A DNA stretch of 64,000 nt from Rhabdochlamydiaceae bacterium (GTDB lineage: Bacteria > Chlamydiota > Chlamydiia > Chlamydiales > Rhabdochlamydiaceae). Numbering within the stretch: the stretch's first letter is position 1; each line of letters begins with the position of its first letter. Below the pieces are notes generated by a model, which was not told where the DNA came from, did not search any database, and saw nothing but the letters and a program-made list of their open reading frames with translations. A program made the translations under genes and the position numbers. Positions 12,167 through 22,125 of this stretch are shown here, in pieces. Location: positions 64,001-128,000 of the forward strand of contig JAJREF010000003.1 in the NCBI GenBank assembly GCA_047459655.1, read 5' to 3'.

Positions 12167-12997
12167 ATGAAAAGAGTAATAATAGCTTTAATTTTTAGTA
12201 CAGCAGCCATTTTTGCAGAGAATGTGATTTCTGAACCGGTTATTTTTTCAACAGCCCCTCTAGATACAGCCCCCGCAGAGATTGCCCTCAGTGCGCCTGC
12301 TTCTCCAACAGCAAAAGATGTGACGAATGTATCTAGAATTTCTGAAGCATTTGGGCATCTCATCGGTAAAAATCTTGATACATTAGGTGTACAGTTAGAT
12401 GTTGCTCAGATTGTTAAAGGATTGCAGGATGCTGCGGCTGGGAAAGACTCCCCCATGACAGACATGGAATGTATTCAAGCGATTGCTTCTGTTAAAGAAT
12501 CGAATTTCAAACAACAAGCTGTTGATAATTTGAAAAGAGCCAATGAGTTTTTATCGGCCAATTCTACAAAAAGTGGTGTCGTTGTCCTCGAAGATGGCAA
12601 GCTTCAGTATAAGATTGAAAAAGAAGGACAGGGATCTTCTGTTGCCGAGCACTCTTCACCGCTTATTCGCTACTCAGGGCAATTGATCGACGGTACAGTG
12701 TGTGAAGCTTCCACAGAAACAGAGTTGATGTCTTTGGATGAAACATTTAAAGGATTTGCAAAGGGTGTTGTGGGTATGAAAGAAGGGGAAAAGAGAACTC
12801 TTTATATCCATCCTGATTTAGCTTACCAAACCAGTGCAGGTCTTCCTCCTAATTCACTCGTTACGTTTGAAGTAGAGGTAGTAAAAGCAGACGCATCTCC
12901 TGCGGAGGTCCAAGATTCTCTTTCTCACACTCCTGTATCGGAGAAGCTTTCCCCTGAAATAGCAACTCCTGCCGCCGCACCCACAGCAATTCGGTAA
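12167..12997 (+). CDS. mip: FKBP-type peptidyl-prolyl isomerase Mip
   Basis: Signal peptide, SEAFGHLIG, LQYKI.KEG.G, GMKEGEKR.LYIHPDLAY, LPPNSL..FEVE; chlamydial synteny. Confidence 0.9.
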   Translation: MKRVIIALIFSTAAIFAENVISEPVIFSTAPLDTAPAEIALSAPASPTAKDVTNVSRISEAFGHLIGKNLDTLGVQLDVAQIVKGLQDAAAGKDSPMTDMECIQAIASVKESNFKQQAVDNLKRANEFLSANSTKSGVVVLEDGKLQYKIEKEGQGSSVAEHSSPLIRYSGQLIDGTVCEASTETELMSLDETFKGFAKGVVGMKEGEKRTLYIHPDLAYQTSAGLPPNSLVTFEVEVVKADASPAEVQDSLSHTPVSEKLSPEIATPAAAPTAIR

Positions 12998-13021
12998 TCT
13001 CTTTTTTTAAGGGTTCGTTGA

Positions 13022-13492
13022 TTGAAAGTCGTGTTGTTCCAGCCTCAAATTCCTCAAAATACAGGTAACATCGTTAGGACGTGCGCTGTCACTGGTTCTG
13101 ATTTGATTCTTGTTCCCCCTTTTGGGTTTAGTCTTGCCTCCCGCCATTTGAAAAGAGCAGGTCTCGATTATTGGGAAGGAGTGAATATGGAACAAGTTGA
13201 AAATCTTTTCGATTATCTACAAAATCTAGCCCATCCTTTTTATTTTTTTTCAACAAAAGGGAAAAAAGTATACACAGATATTGACTATACAATGTCAGAT
13301 CATTTAGTTTTCGGTTCAGAGACGGAAGGTCTCCCTGCTGCCTTCCATGCAAAATGGGAAGAGAGGTTTTATAGGTTACCTATGAAGAAAGAGGCAAGGT
13401 GCCTTAATCTTGCAAACACGGTATCAGTTGTCCTTTATGAAGCTTTAAGACAGAACAATTTTGAACTCACCTTACGCAAAAAGGATGGCTAA
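13022..13492 (+). CDS. trmL: tRNA (cytidine34-2'-O)-methyltransferase, SPOUT family
   Basis: PQIPQNTGNI.R.CA, RAGLDYW, FGSET.GLP, R.LNLAN.V. Confidence 0.92.
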   Translation: MKVVLFQPQIPQNTGNIVRTCAVTGSDLILVPPFGFSLASRHLKRAGLDYWEGVNMEQVENLFDYLQNLAHPFYFFSTKGKKVYTDIDYTMSDHLVFGSETEGLPAAFHAKWEERFYRLPMKKEARCLNLANTVSVVLYEALRQNNFELTLRKKDG

Positions 13493-13498
13493 TGGACT
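13465..13498 (+). repeat. Left arm of palindromic element family B, overlapping the trmL 3' end
   Basis: ACTCACCTTACGCAAAAAGGATGGCTAATGGACT compared with ACTTACCTTACGCAAAAAAAGATGACTCATGGACT at 17256. Confidence 0.8.
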
Positions 13499-13505
13499 TG
13501 AGTAA

Positions 13506-13573
13506 TACACCGTTTCAAAAGTTTTTGCCGTTTTTACACTAGCCTAAACGGCAAAAACTTGTTAAACGGTGTA
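13506..13573. repeat. Long intergenic inverted repeat (candidate element family D)
   Basis: TACACCGTTT-caa-AAGTTTTTGCCGTTT ... AAACGGCAAAAACTT-gtt-AAACGGTGTA. Confidence 0.7.
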
Positions 13574-13577
13574 GTAT

Positions 13578-15750
13578 ATGACAAATATCTTCCGTGCTTT
13601 CTTTGGGATGTCTCTTTCACTCCAAATGGGGATTGCTACCGTTTGCGGGGTTTTTTTTGGGTTGTTTTTAGGGGAATACTGCCAGATTTTTGGGCCTTGG
13701 AGCAATGCCTATGTCATGATTTTGAAGGTCACTACCATCCCTTACCTGATTTGTGCAGTGATCCATGGTATTGGTAGGCTTGCGATAACAACGGCTAAAA
13801 ATATTCTGCAAAAAGGGCTGATATTCATTGGTTCCGCATGGACAATCAATATCTTGATGATCTATTTTGCCGTTTTTCTTTTTCCTCAATCCCACGGAAT
13901 TCCTTCTGCCAGCTACAGCAGCATTCAGCCGACAGCATTAAATTTTGCAGAGCTTTTAATTCCTGATAATATTTTTTATTCCCTTTCGAATAATATTGTG
14001 CCTGCTGTGGTTGTTTTTGGACTTCTTGTGGGTATTGCTTTGATGCATGTCAGAGAAAAAGAGCCCATGATGGTGATCTTAGAAACCTTAGTTGATTCTT
14101 TCACGCGCATTACAGCATGGATTGCTAAAATCACCCCGATAGGTACTTTTTTAATCATTGCGTATCAATGTGGAACAATTGAGCTTTCAACGGTCAAGCA
14201 GGTTAGCTCCTACGTGATATTGTATATTTTTGCAGTATCGATCGTTATATTCTGGATTTTTCCGCGGCTTACAACTCTTTTGACTTCGATTCCTGCTATG
14301 CGTTGGATTAAGGATTTATTTCCTGTTTTACTCCTAGCTTATACGACAAGTGTTGTGATTGTCACACTCCCTTTCATCATTGAACTTGTGAAGAGAGAGG
14401 TTAGCAATTTTTATCGTAAAGACACCCAGATACAAGATCAGATTCAGGGGATGGTTTCCATTATTTTCAACCTTCCTTTAGGTTCTCTTTTTATCACGAT
14501 ATTTGTTTTTTTTATTGCCTGTTTTTACCATATCCCTTTTTCTATGGGTAACCAATTCCAGTTGTTTTTCTCGACATTTTTTACAAGTTTAGGAGCGGTT
14601 GGCATTGGTTCCTGGATCAATTCTCTGAATTTCCTTCTCGACAGCTTAGGGCTTCCTCTTGATGGAATCGATCTTTACCTTTCGACGGTGCCTTTCACTG
14701 CAGGGTTTCAGTCGATGTTATCTGTGATTGAGATTGCAAGTTTAGCGCTTTTTGTTGCTTTAGGATGCCATGGACTGATCAAAATACAGTGGATGCGTAT
14801 GATCAAGGGATTGATTTTCATTGCACTCCCTATTTTAGTAGTAGGTGGGGTGATCAAGCTGTACAATCCTCTTCCTAAAATTTCTAATCCTTATATTAGT
14901 ATTTCTGATGTCGAATTAATACCTCCGGTAGAGACAAGAATTTATCAAATTTCCGATCCTTCACCCCCTCCTCGTAAAGGAGAGCCTTTTGAGCGCATTC
15001 TTAAAACAAAAATATTGCGTGTTGGATATAACATCAATGCCATTCCCTTTTTCTTCAAAAACAATAAAAATCAGTTTGCAGGGTATGATGCGGCTTTTGC
15101 TTACCAACTAGCAAAGGACTTAGGGTGCTCTTTTAGAATTTGTTCCCATGAGATTTGGTTACATTCCTGAAGAGATCAATGCAGGGCTTTACGATATTGG
15201 AATGTCAGAGCTATCCATTACAGAAGATCGTCTCAAAGAAATGTATTTTTCTGATCCCTACTTGAACAGTAAAGTTGTGTTTGTGATGCGCAAAAAATTC
15301 AGTAAGCAGTTAACTTCTGTTAGTGCTATTTTGGAAAGTTCAAATGTCCAGGTGTGTGTGTTGAGAGGAAGCTCATATGAAGGAGTTGCAAGACATCTTT
15401 TCCGCCCAGAACAAATCGTTTTGGTGGATGACCTAGAAGAATTTGCCAAGTACTATCCTCATAGCGTGCTTATATTAGCCGAGCCTCATGCGATTGCTTG
15501 GAGCCTTAACTATCCAAACTTTACCGTTGTGATTCCCGATCCCTTTATTTCCGAAGAGAGTTTTGCTTATGCTTTCCCTGCCCATTCAGAGAGATTTATT
15601 GCCTTTATTAATCTTTGGCTCAAGCTAAAGAAAAACGAAGGGTTTACCCAAGAGCAGTACAATCTGTGGGTGCTAGGAAAAACAAAAAATAGAGCGCATG
15701 AGGAGCCGCGTTGGTCGATTCTTAGAAATGTCTTCCACTGGGTCCAATGA
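13578..15750 (+). CDS. Dicarboxylate/amino-acid:cation symporter fused to a family-3 solute-binding domain; frameshift ~15130
   Basis: Multi-TM part with IPDNIF.SL.NN.VPAVVVF and AYTTS; then LRVGY....PF.F.N......GYD...A..LA.DLG, DI.MS.LSIT..R.....FS.PY and PRWSI.RN..HW. Confidence 0.8.
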
Positions 15751-16469
15751 TTAACATAGATTACATCCATTTCGACACCCTTCCTTCTACAAACACGTGG
15801 GTAAAAGAACGCGCTCACAAGCTTAACCAAGATGGATTAACATGTGTCACTGCAGCTGAGCAAACAGCCGGCAGGGGAAGATTTAAACGTTCTTGGATAT
15901 CTCCTAAAGGCAATCTCTATGCAACACTTTTTTTTACGATTCCTCCCCACTCTTCTTACCTTCCCAACATCGGGCAAATTCTTGCCTACTCTTGTGCAGT
16001 TTTTTTTCAAAAAGAAGGGATCCCCATCCAAATTAAATGGCCAAATGATCTTTTAATCCAGAAGAAAAAAGTAGGGGGCATGTTAACTGAAACGGTCCAG
16101 CTGGTAGATAAAATAGGCATTATTCTTGGGCTAGGAATTAACCTCCAACTGAGTGAGGAAGCTTCCTTGACTATCGGTCAACCCGCCACTTCTTTGGCTG
16201 CATTTTCAAATAAAAAATATTCCCCAAAGGGTATTTTGCCTAAAATATTAGAAATTTTTCTAATTAATCTGCAGGTTTTGCAAGAAAAAGGTTTTGCGGT
16301 TTTTAAAAAAAATTTTATTGATTTTTTGGCGTATAAAGGGGAAGAAATTGCCCTTAATAATGGAAATAAGCGTGTTACAGGCACTTGCCAGGGTGTTGCA
16401 GCCGATGGAAGGCTTCAGGTTCTTCTTCCACAAGGAGAGTTACTGCTTTTTTGGAGTGGACACGAATAG
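15747..16469 (+). CDS. birA: Biotin-protein ligase without HTH domain
   Basis: STN, AEQTAGRGR..R.W.SP.GNLY, IKWPND, KKVGG.L.E. Confidence 0.92.
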   Translation: MINIDYIHFDTLPSTNTWVKERAHKLNQDGLTCVTAAEQTAGRGRFKRSWISPKGNLYATLFFTIPPHSSYLPNIGQILAYSCAVFFQKEGIPIQIKWPNDLLIQKKKVGGMLTETVQLVDKIGIILGLGINLQLSEEASLTIGQPATSLAAFSNKKYSPKGILPKILEIFLINLQVLQEKGFAVFKKNFIDFLAYKGEEIALNNGNKRVTGTCQGVAADGRLQVLLPQGELLLFWSGHE

Positions 16470-16515
16470 TGCTTTTCTTTTAAAATCTACCCAAATTTAT
16501 TTTAGATAGGTTCTT

Positions 16516-17154
16516 ATGGAGATGAAAGAGCTGGGATTGCGTGTTTTGGATTGGTGTGCGCGAGAAGCTCCTGAATATACCGCTTGTTACTTGAAAGAGG
16601 CTCGCTCTCAGAGAATCTCTGGCTTTGTTGTAATTAAATTAGCCCATTCAACAATAGGTGACATGTTTTCACGGCTTACAACCGATCCAAGGGATCGAAG
16701 CTTGATTGGAGGAATAATTAAACCGATTTTGATGACTGCTTGCATGGCCTATGCTGATTCTTGTGGCGCGTCTTACTTTTCTTCTTCAGGTCGAGCTCAT
16801 TTATATAGAGCTGTTGTTTTGGGGGTATATGAAAAATATGTGGATCTTACCATACCCAAAATTAGAGCTATGATTTTTAATGAAAATAAGGAGGAAGTGG
16901 GAACTAAACGGGGCGAGATGCTTAAGAGCGTTAAATGGGAGAAAGAGGAAGAAAAATATAAAGCGCTGCATGCCTCAAAGCCTTATATTTATATACTGAA
17001 ACATTCATTAATAACTGTTTTTTTAAATCGCATTTTTCTTCCATATGCTCTTTCGAAATATCTACCTAACTTATCTTCACCTATCTGGACAGCAGCGCTG
17101 TGCCATCCTGTTCGTTTTCTGGTATGCAAACTTCTGCTCAAACCGCCGAGTTGA
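16516..17154 (+). CDS. Hypothetical protein
   Basis: 212-aa ORF, no recognised motif; shares an AVVLG.Y segment with the next ORF. Confidence 0.6.
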   Translation: MEMKELGLRVLDWCAREAPEYTACYLKEARSQRISGFVVIKLAHSTIGDMFSRLTTDPRDRSLIGGIIKPILMTACMAYADSCGASYFSSSGRAHLYRAVVLGVYEKYVDLTIPKIRAMIFNENKEEVGTKRGEMLKSVKWEKEEEKYKALHASKPYIYILKHSLITVFLNRIFLPYALSKYLPNLSSPIWTAALCHPVRFLVCKLLLKPPS

Positions 17155-17255
17155 GCTCCTTTGGTTTCCCAGGAAAGTGAGAAGGCTTGATTTATTTATA
17201 GTTCATAAGTGACTCGTTATACAAGTGGAGTTTATTTTAGTATCGATCTTTTAAA

Positions 17256-17344
17256 ACTTACCTTACGCAAAAAAAGATGACTCATGGACTGTTTTAACGC
17301 TTTGAAACAGTCCATGAGTCATCATTTTTTTGCGTAAGGTGAGT
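17256..17344. mobile_element. Palindromic element family B, short form (89 bp)
   Basis: Near-perfect hairpin ACTTACCTTACGCAAAAAAAGATGACTCATGGACTGTTT / AAACAGTCCATGAGTCATCATTTTTTTGCGTAAGGTGAGT; TAAA on both flanks. Confidence 0.85.
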
Positions 17345-17367
17345 TAAAATTTAAAAAGGCGGTTTTT

Positions 17368-18891
17368 ATGTTAGCAACCATTGAATCTGGTTTGAGTGGA
17401 ATAGAAAGGCTACTTACTCCTCTTCACTACAGAATGTGCAATCAAGAAGACACCCTTATGCAACGTATAGGTGGACTTTTTGTTATGCAAATAGCCGCTC
17501 TGGCAACAGGCTGGGTTGTTCCAAAGATAACTTTTCCTCCCCTATTAAATAGAATATCATTCAATGTTCCTGTTGGACTTTTGGAAGCCTCTAAATGTGT
17601 TGGATGGGTTTTTACAGCTCAGTATGTGTACGGTGTGGCTTTATCTTTGTTATTGGGAAGAAGCTGGCTAGTAAAAGCTGTTGTTTTGGGAACATACCAG
17701 GCGTTGGTATCCTCTCTTATAAAAAGAGCTATAACAGCTATTTTTTGGAGTAGGCATGCGCGTGAATTAGATGCAACTAAAACGGAGTGGAAGGAATTTT
17801 TAGGAAAAGATAAGATCATTCCTCCACGATGGACGGTTCATTGGCGATTTAAAGAGGCATTATTTTCCTTTTTTGCAAATTTGCAGAAGTGGAGGGATTC
17901 TCTTCGAAAGGAATCTAAAACTCTTTTGGAAAGCATGGATCCCACAGATAACGGATATCGGCGTTGTGAAGGAAGAATAAGAGAACTAGATCAGCTTGAC
18001 TGGGTTTTGAATCTCTTAAGAGGGCGCTTCCATGATAGGAGTGGTACAGAGTTTGAACAGAATCAAGAAATAATAAGAAAAATGCTGTTCGAAGGGCTTG
18101 AAATTTGTATGGAAGCAAAAGATACTCAGGTGCTTTTGCTTTTAGAATCCCAATATCGCGTTTTGTTAGAGATGCAGCAAATGGTTGATTCCATAGAAAA
18201 TGCGCATCAGAGTATCTCGAAAGAAAATGATAAAAATCTGAAAACAATTTGTTCCTTTTTTGGAAATATGGAGGCCAACGAAGAGTGGCAATTAGTCTCT
18301 CCTATTGTCCAAGCTCGCTTAAGCAAGATGAAGGAGGCTGTTGAAAGGACGCAATTAAAGGAAGGGTATATTTCAATGGAAACTTTCCATCAAAGTCCAA
18401 TGTGGGATGAGATGAGGGAGACTGCTGAACTTGTAAATGGAGCTGAAACATTTCCTATGCAAGACTGGTGGGGCCCTATAAATGACGCAGTTAAACAGAT
18501 GAAATCTGCAAGGGACAAATATTTAGCGTATCGTTTACTTAATAATTGGAGTCGTGAGGAGATTGAGGGGTTCTTAAGTGGAGTTTCTTCTTTGTCGCTT
18601 TCTAGTAGGTTCATAATTTCTATGCTTATAGAACAGTCCGTCTTCGGCCTGTTTACCCGTTATCCTGCATTGTCTTCTTTTCCGATTTTAGTGGATGCTA
18701 TGACTAACCTAGTCTCTGAATTTATGGGTCAATTATTCTCTCCTCCTTTGTCTTATACTACTAAAACATTAGGCAACGTTCAGCCCTTACAAGATGTTCT
18801 TCAGCCTTTAGAAGAAGTGATGGGAAATATGGCAAAATTGCAAGCAGATTTTGATGCTATCCTCTGTTCAAAAGCGACAGATCTGGTGTAA
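17368..18891 (+). CDS. Hypothetical protein with hydrophobic N-terminal part and helical/coiled-coil core
   Basis: 507-aa intact ORF with upstream AAGGCGG; no recognised family. Confidence 0.7.
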   Translation: MLATIESGLSGIERLLTPLHYRMCNQEDTLMQRIGGLFVMQIAALATGWVVPKITFPPLLNRISFNVPVGLLEASKCVGWVFTAQYVYGVALSLLLGRSWLVKAVVLGTYQALVSSLIKRAITAIFWSRHARELDATKTEWKEFLGKDKIIPPRWTVHWRFKEALFSFFANLQKWRDSLRKESKTLLESMDPTDNGYRRCEGRIRELDQLDWVLNLLRGRFHDRSGTEFEQNQEIIRKMLFEGLEICMEAKDTQVLLLLESQYRVLLEMQQMVDSIENAHQSISKENDKNLKTICSFFGNMEANEEWQLVSPIVQARLSKMKEAVERTQLKEGYISMETFHQSPMWDEMRETAELVNGAETFPMQDWWGPINDAVKQMKSARDKYLAYRLLNNWSREEIEGFLSGVSSLSLSSRFIISMLIEQSVFGLFTRYPALSSFPILVDAMTNLVSEFMGQLFSPPLSYTTKTLGNVQPLQDVLQPLEEVMGNMAKLQADFDAILCSKATDLV

Positions 18892-19640
18892 CAATGAGCT
18901 CAGGATCGATGCGGGCTTGTAGAATTTGCGCAATAGCATTGAGGGTTGCTCCTGTTGCAGAGTGGCAAGAGGTGCAGGCCCCTTGGTAGGCGATGATGAG
19001 TTCTTTTTCATCGATAAGATTGAGAATTTGAATGCCCCCTGCATCGAGCTCGATGTAGGGGCGGATTTCTTTATCGATGATTTCTTCAATGAGGGCAATT
19101 TTTTCTTTGGTAGGGAGCTCTTTCCATCCGGGGTAGGGACCTGTCGCAGCTAGATCCAAAGAGAGGGGAGGCGCACTATAGGTTTCTACAAAAGGAATTC
19201 CTACACATTGTTCTGCTGCCTTTTCAATCGCAGAGAGAGCGATATTTAAGTAAGCAGCTGTTTCAGGGGAAGGCTTCTACATCGGGTTTATCACGGAATT
19301 GACGATCGATAAGGTCTGCTGAAATACGCTTGGCTTGGTCGTAATTTTTGCCAACAAGGATATCGGAGGCTGCTTCTGCGGCGCCGATTAAGGCAGATGT
19401 TCCAAAAGCTTGGAATTTAACATCTGCAATAACGCCATCATTTTCATCGACGAGAAGATAGATTTCTAAGATATGTCCTTGAGAGGGTTCCCCTTCTCTA
19501 CCCTGTACAAGGCGCAATTGCCTTGCTGTCGCTTCTTGAGGCGTAAAGTAGCCCATAAATTTAGGATGCTCTATCCGAGAGAGTAGCTTTTTGCTGTAGT
19601 TATACCAAGAGAAAGGGGTAAAGAATTTTTTCTGGCTCAT
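18857..19640 (-). CDS. nifU: NifU-like protein (degenerate IscU-like domain plus C-terminal Nfu domain, CT720-like); frameshift ~19265
   Basis: I.DVKFQAFG N-domain; IRPYIELDAGGI and YQGACTSC Nfu motif. Confidence 0.8.
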
Positions 19641-20770
19641 AGGTTTTCCCCATAGGCCCTTAATTTTTTAACAGAAGATATGATCACTTCTGCTGCATAT
19701 TCAATATCTGCTTCTGTTGTTTCGTAAGAGAGACTAAAACTTAAAGCACAAGAGGCTAGAGGTTCCGGAATCCCGCAAGCTTTAAGGAGGTGGGAAAGTC
19801 TCTGAGAAAAACCGCCACCCATAGAGGCATAGACTCCTTTTTTGTGGAGTAAAAAGAGAAGAGCTTCGTGATGCGCGCCAGGGAACCCAAGGGCAGTGAC
19901 ATGAGGAAGGCGTTCAACATCTTGGAAAAAAACAACCATGTCTGGAAGGGCTTCTTGCAGGGTTTTTTCTAACTTGTCCCTTAGTCTTGCTGTTTCTATG
20001 CCTATGAAATCAAACTGCTCTTCGATTTTTTCAATGGCAACTTTTAATCCACACAAAGCAGGGATATTGTGATGAGGAGCATGGGATATAAGAGGAGCAA
20101 AAGAGAGGTTATCTTTGATAAAAATACCGCCTACTCCTTTAGGAGCGTGGATTTTTTCCCCGTCAAAAGTGATAAAGTCACAGGTTAAGTCTTGGAATCG
20201 GAAAAAAATTTTTCCAAGGACAGCGCTCACATCGACATGTAGAGCCACTCCCTTTTCTTGGCAGGCAGCCATGAGGTCATGAAGCGGCTGAATCACTCCC
20301 GTAAGACCATTTGCCCATGAAAGAGAAACAAGAGATGTCTTAGGCCCGATCGCTTCTCTTAAGCGCTCTACTTCTAAGTGGCCAGAAGCATTGACAGGCA
20401 ACATTTTCCCAAAACAGCCAAGGGCTTCTAAGCGATTTAAAGAGAGGATAGAGGGCGCTTCTTCGATGGAGGAGATTAAGAAGTGATTTTTTCCCGTCTC
20501 TCGAACAGATTCTAGATAATGGGAGAAGAAAACCTGGCTACTATTTTCAGCGCTCCCTGATGTCAGAACAAAAGAATCGGTTTCTAAGGCTCCCAAGGAG
20601 GCATAGATTTTTTTTAGAGCAAGGCTTGTCTCTTCGTAGAGGTCTTGCCCCATTTGATGGGGAGAGGCAAGGCTGCCCCATTGGGTGCGGTAGCAAGCCA
20701 GCATCTTGTCGATTGCTTCTTTAAAAGGGCGTGTGGTGGTGTGATTATCGAGATAAACGTTAACTCCCAT
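19637..20770 (-). CDS. Aminotransferase class V / NifS-like PLP protein (CT721-like)
   Basis: YLDN.TTT, ANGLTG.IQP, LHVD, DGEKIHAPKG.G; canonical SSGSAC motif absent. Confidence 0.8.
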   Translation of the reverse strand: MGVNVYLDNHTTTRPFKEAIDKMLACYRTQWGSLASPHQMGQDLYEETSLALKKIYASLGALETDSFVLTSGSAENSSQVFFSHYLESVRETGKNHFLISSIEEAPSILSLNRLEALGCFGKMLPVNASGHLEVERLREAIGPKTSLVSLSWANGLTGVIQPLHDLMAACQEKGVALHVDVSAVLGKIFFRFQDLTCDFITFDGEKIHAPKGVGGIFIKDNLSFAPLISHAPHHNIPALCGLKVAIEKIEEQFDFIGIETARLRDKLEKTLQEALPDMVVFFQDVERLPHVTALGFPGAHHEALLFLLHKKGVYASMGGGFSQRLSHLLKACGIPEPLASCALSFSLSYETTEADIEYAAEVIISSVKKLRAYGENL

Positions 20771-21436
20771 CTTTTAAAAACTTTCCTGCGTTGTAGGTGT
20801 AGATCAGCGCAGCTCCCGTTGGAATTTCTAATTTTAAAAGCGCTTCTTTAGAAAGGTTTTCTAGAAACATCAAAATGGAGCGAAGAGAATTCCCATGGGC
20901 TGAGATGAGCACATTTTTGCCTTCTTTTAATAGAGGAAGGATTTTTTCTTGGAAGTAGGGAATGGAACGCTTTGCTGTCATTTCAAGGCTTTCTCCATCG
21001 GGAGGTGCAACATCAAAACTGCGTCTCCATAGATGCACCTGCTCCTCTCCAAATTTTTCTTTCATCTCTTGTTTGTTAAGCCCTTGCAGTTTCCCATACA
21101 TTCTTTCATTGAGCTGCCAGGCGGTATACATCGGAATGTATTTTTCTGGGTGGGGGCGTAGTTCTGGCTCCACTCCTCTAGTTTTTTCTGACCAGTATGG
21201 ACAATATAGGGGATTTTTTCTTCTTTGTGGACGCTCATCACGAGCATAGCAGACATCTGCGCTCTGATAAGAGTGGAAGAGAAAATAATATCAATAGGAA
21301 CATGAGCAATTTGCTTACCTGCTTTGAGACATTCCTCTACACCTTTTTCAGTCAAAGGAATATCGATACACCCTGTGAATACGTTGTGTTGATTGAGAAC
21401 GGACTGCCCATGTCGTAACAAAATCAGCTTAGCCAT
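20760..21436 (-). CDS. gpmA: 2,3-BPG-dependent phosphoglycerate mutase; frameshift ~21170
   Basis: LRHGQS, LNERMYG.LQG.NK, WRRSFD..PP.GESL, SAHGNSLR. Confidence 0.93.
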
Positions 21437-21509
21437 GTATAACCTTTAAAAAAGGTCATTATACTCGAGAAAGCTATAATTATGTAGCAATTCTTACGAG
21501 GCTTTGGGC

Positions 21510-21938
21510 TTATTGATAGCGGAGATAATTGCTTCTGTATCTGTCACTTCCGTCAAAGTGTTGGAGTATTTTCAAAATATATTTAGGTGTGTTGTAGACG
21601 CCTTCTGTAGAGAAGACGATTTCAAGATGGGGAAGGTTATTCTGCAGTAGAGCAATGAAGGTAAGCGTAGTAGGGAAATTATCGACCATTTTAGGCACGA
21701 TCCAGATCGCAAAGCGCTCATTAAATAGGGTGACTTTGTCAGGTGTTTCCATCACATGGAAGTAGTGCATCAGGTTGTCAGTAGAAGAATGCTCAAAATC
21801 TTTATGATTTAATAAGCCTAATTGGTTGAGGACATTCAAATTAACAGGAATAATGCCATCGGGCATCCATTTCTGGAAATTTTCAGTGAACTCTTTGAAA
21901 GACTCTTCTAATCTGATGGGGTCAATTTTATCGTCCAT
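21510..21938 (-). CDS. Conserved chlamydial hypothetical protein (CT538-like); 3' end probably frameshifted
   Basis: FHV.E..DK.TL.N..F..WIVP and LE.VF...GVYN....IL.IL resemble a Chlamydiae-conserved protein. Confidence 0.6.
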   Translation of the reverse strand: MDDKIDPIRLEESFKEFTENFQKWMPDGIIPVNLNVLNQLGLLNHKDFEHSSTDNLMHYFHVMETPDKVTLFNERFAIWIVPKMVDNFPTTLTFIALLQNNLPHLEIVFSTEGVYNTPKYILKILQHFDGSDRYRSNYLRYQ

Positions 21939-22125
21939 GTTCGATGCCCTACACTTGCATATGTTTAATTTCTAGATACACACCCGCGTTACACTTATCA
22001 ATAAAAATTTTAAAACAGGCCTCTTTTAAAATTAAGGGTTCGTCGATTTTTTGAGAATTTTTGGTCAATTTTCATTTCCCTGATAGGAGGATCCAATGAT
22101 TGAATTTGAAGCAAAACAAGCGTTG

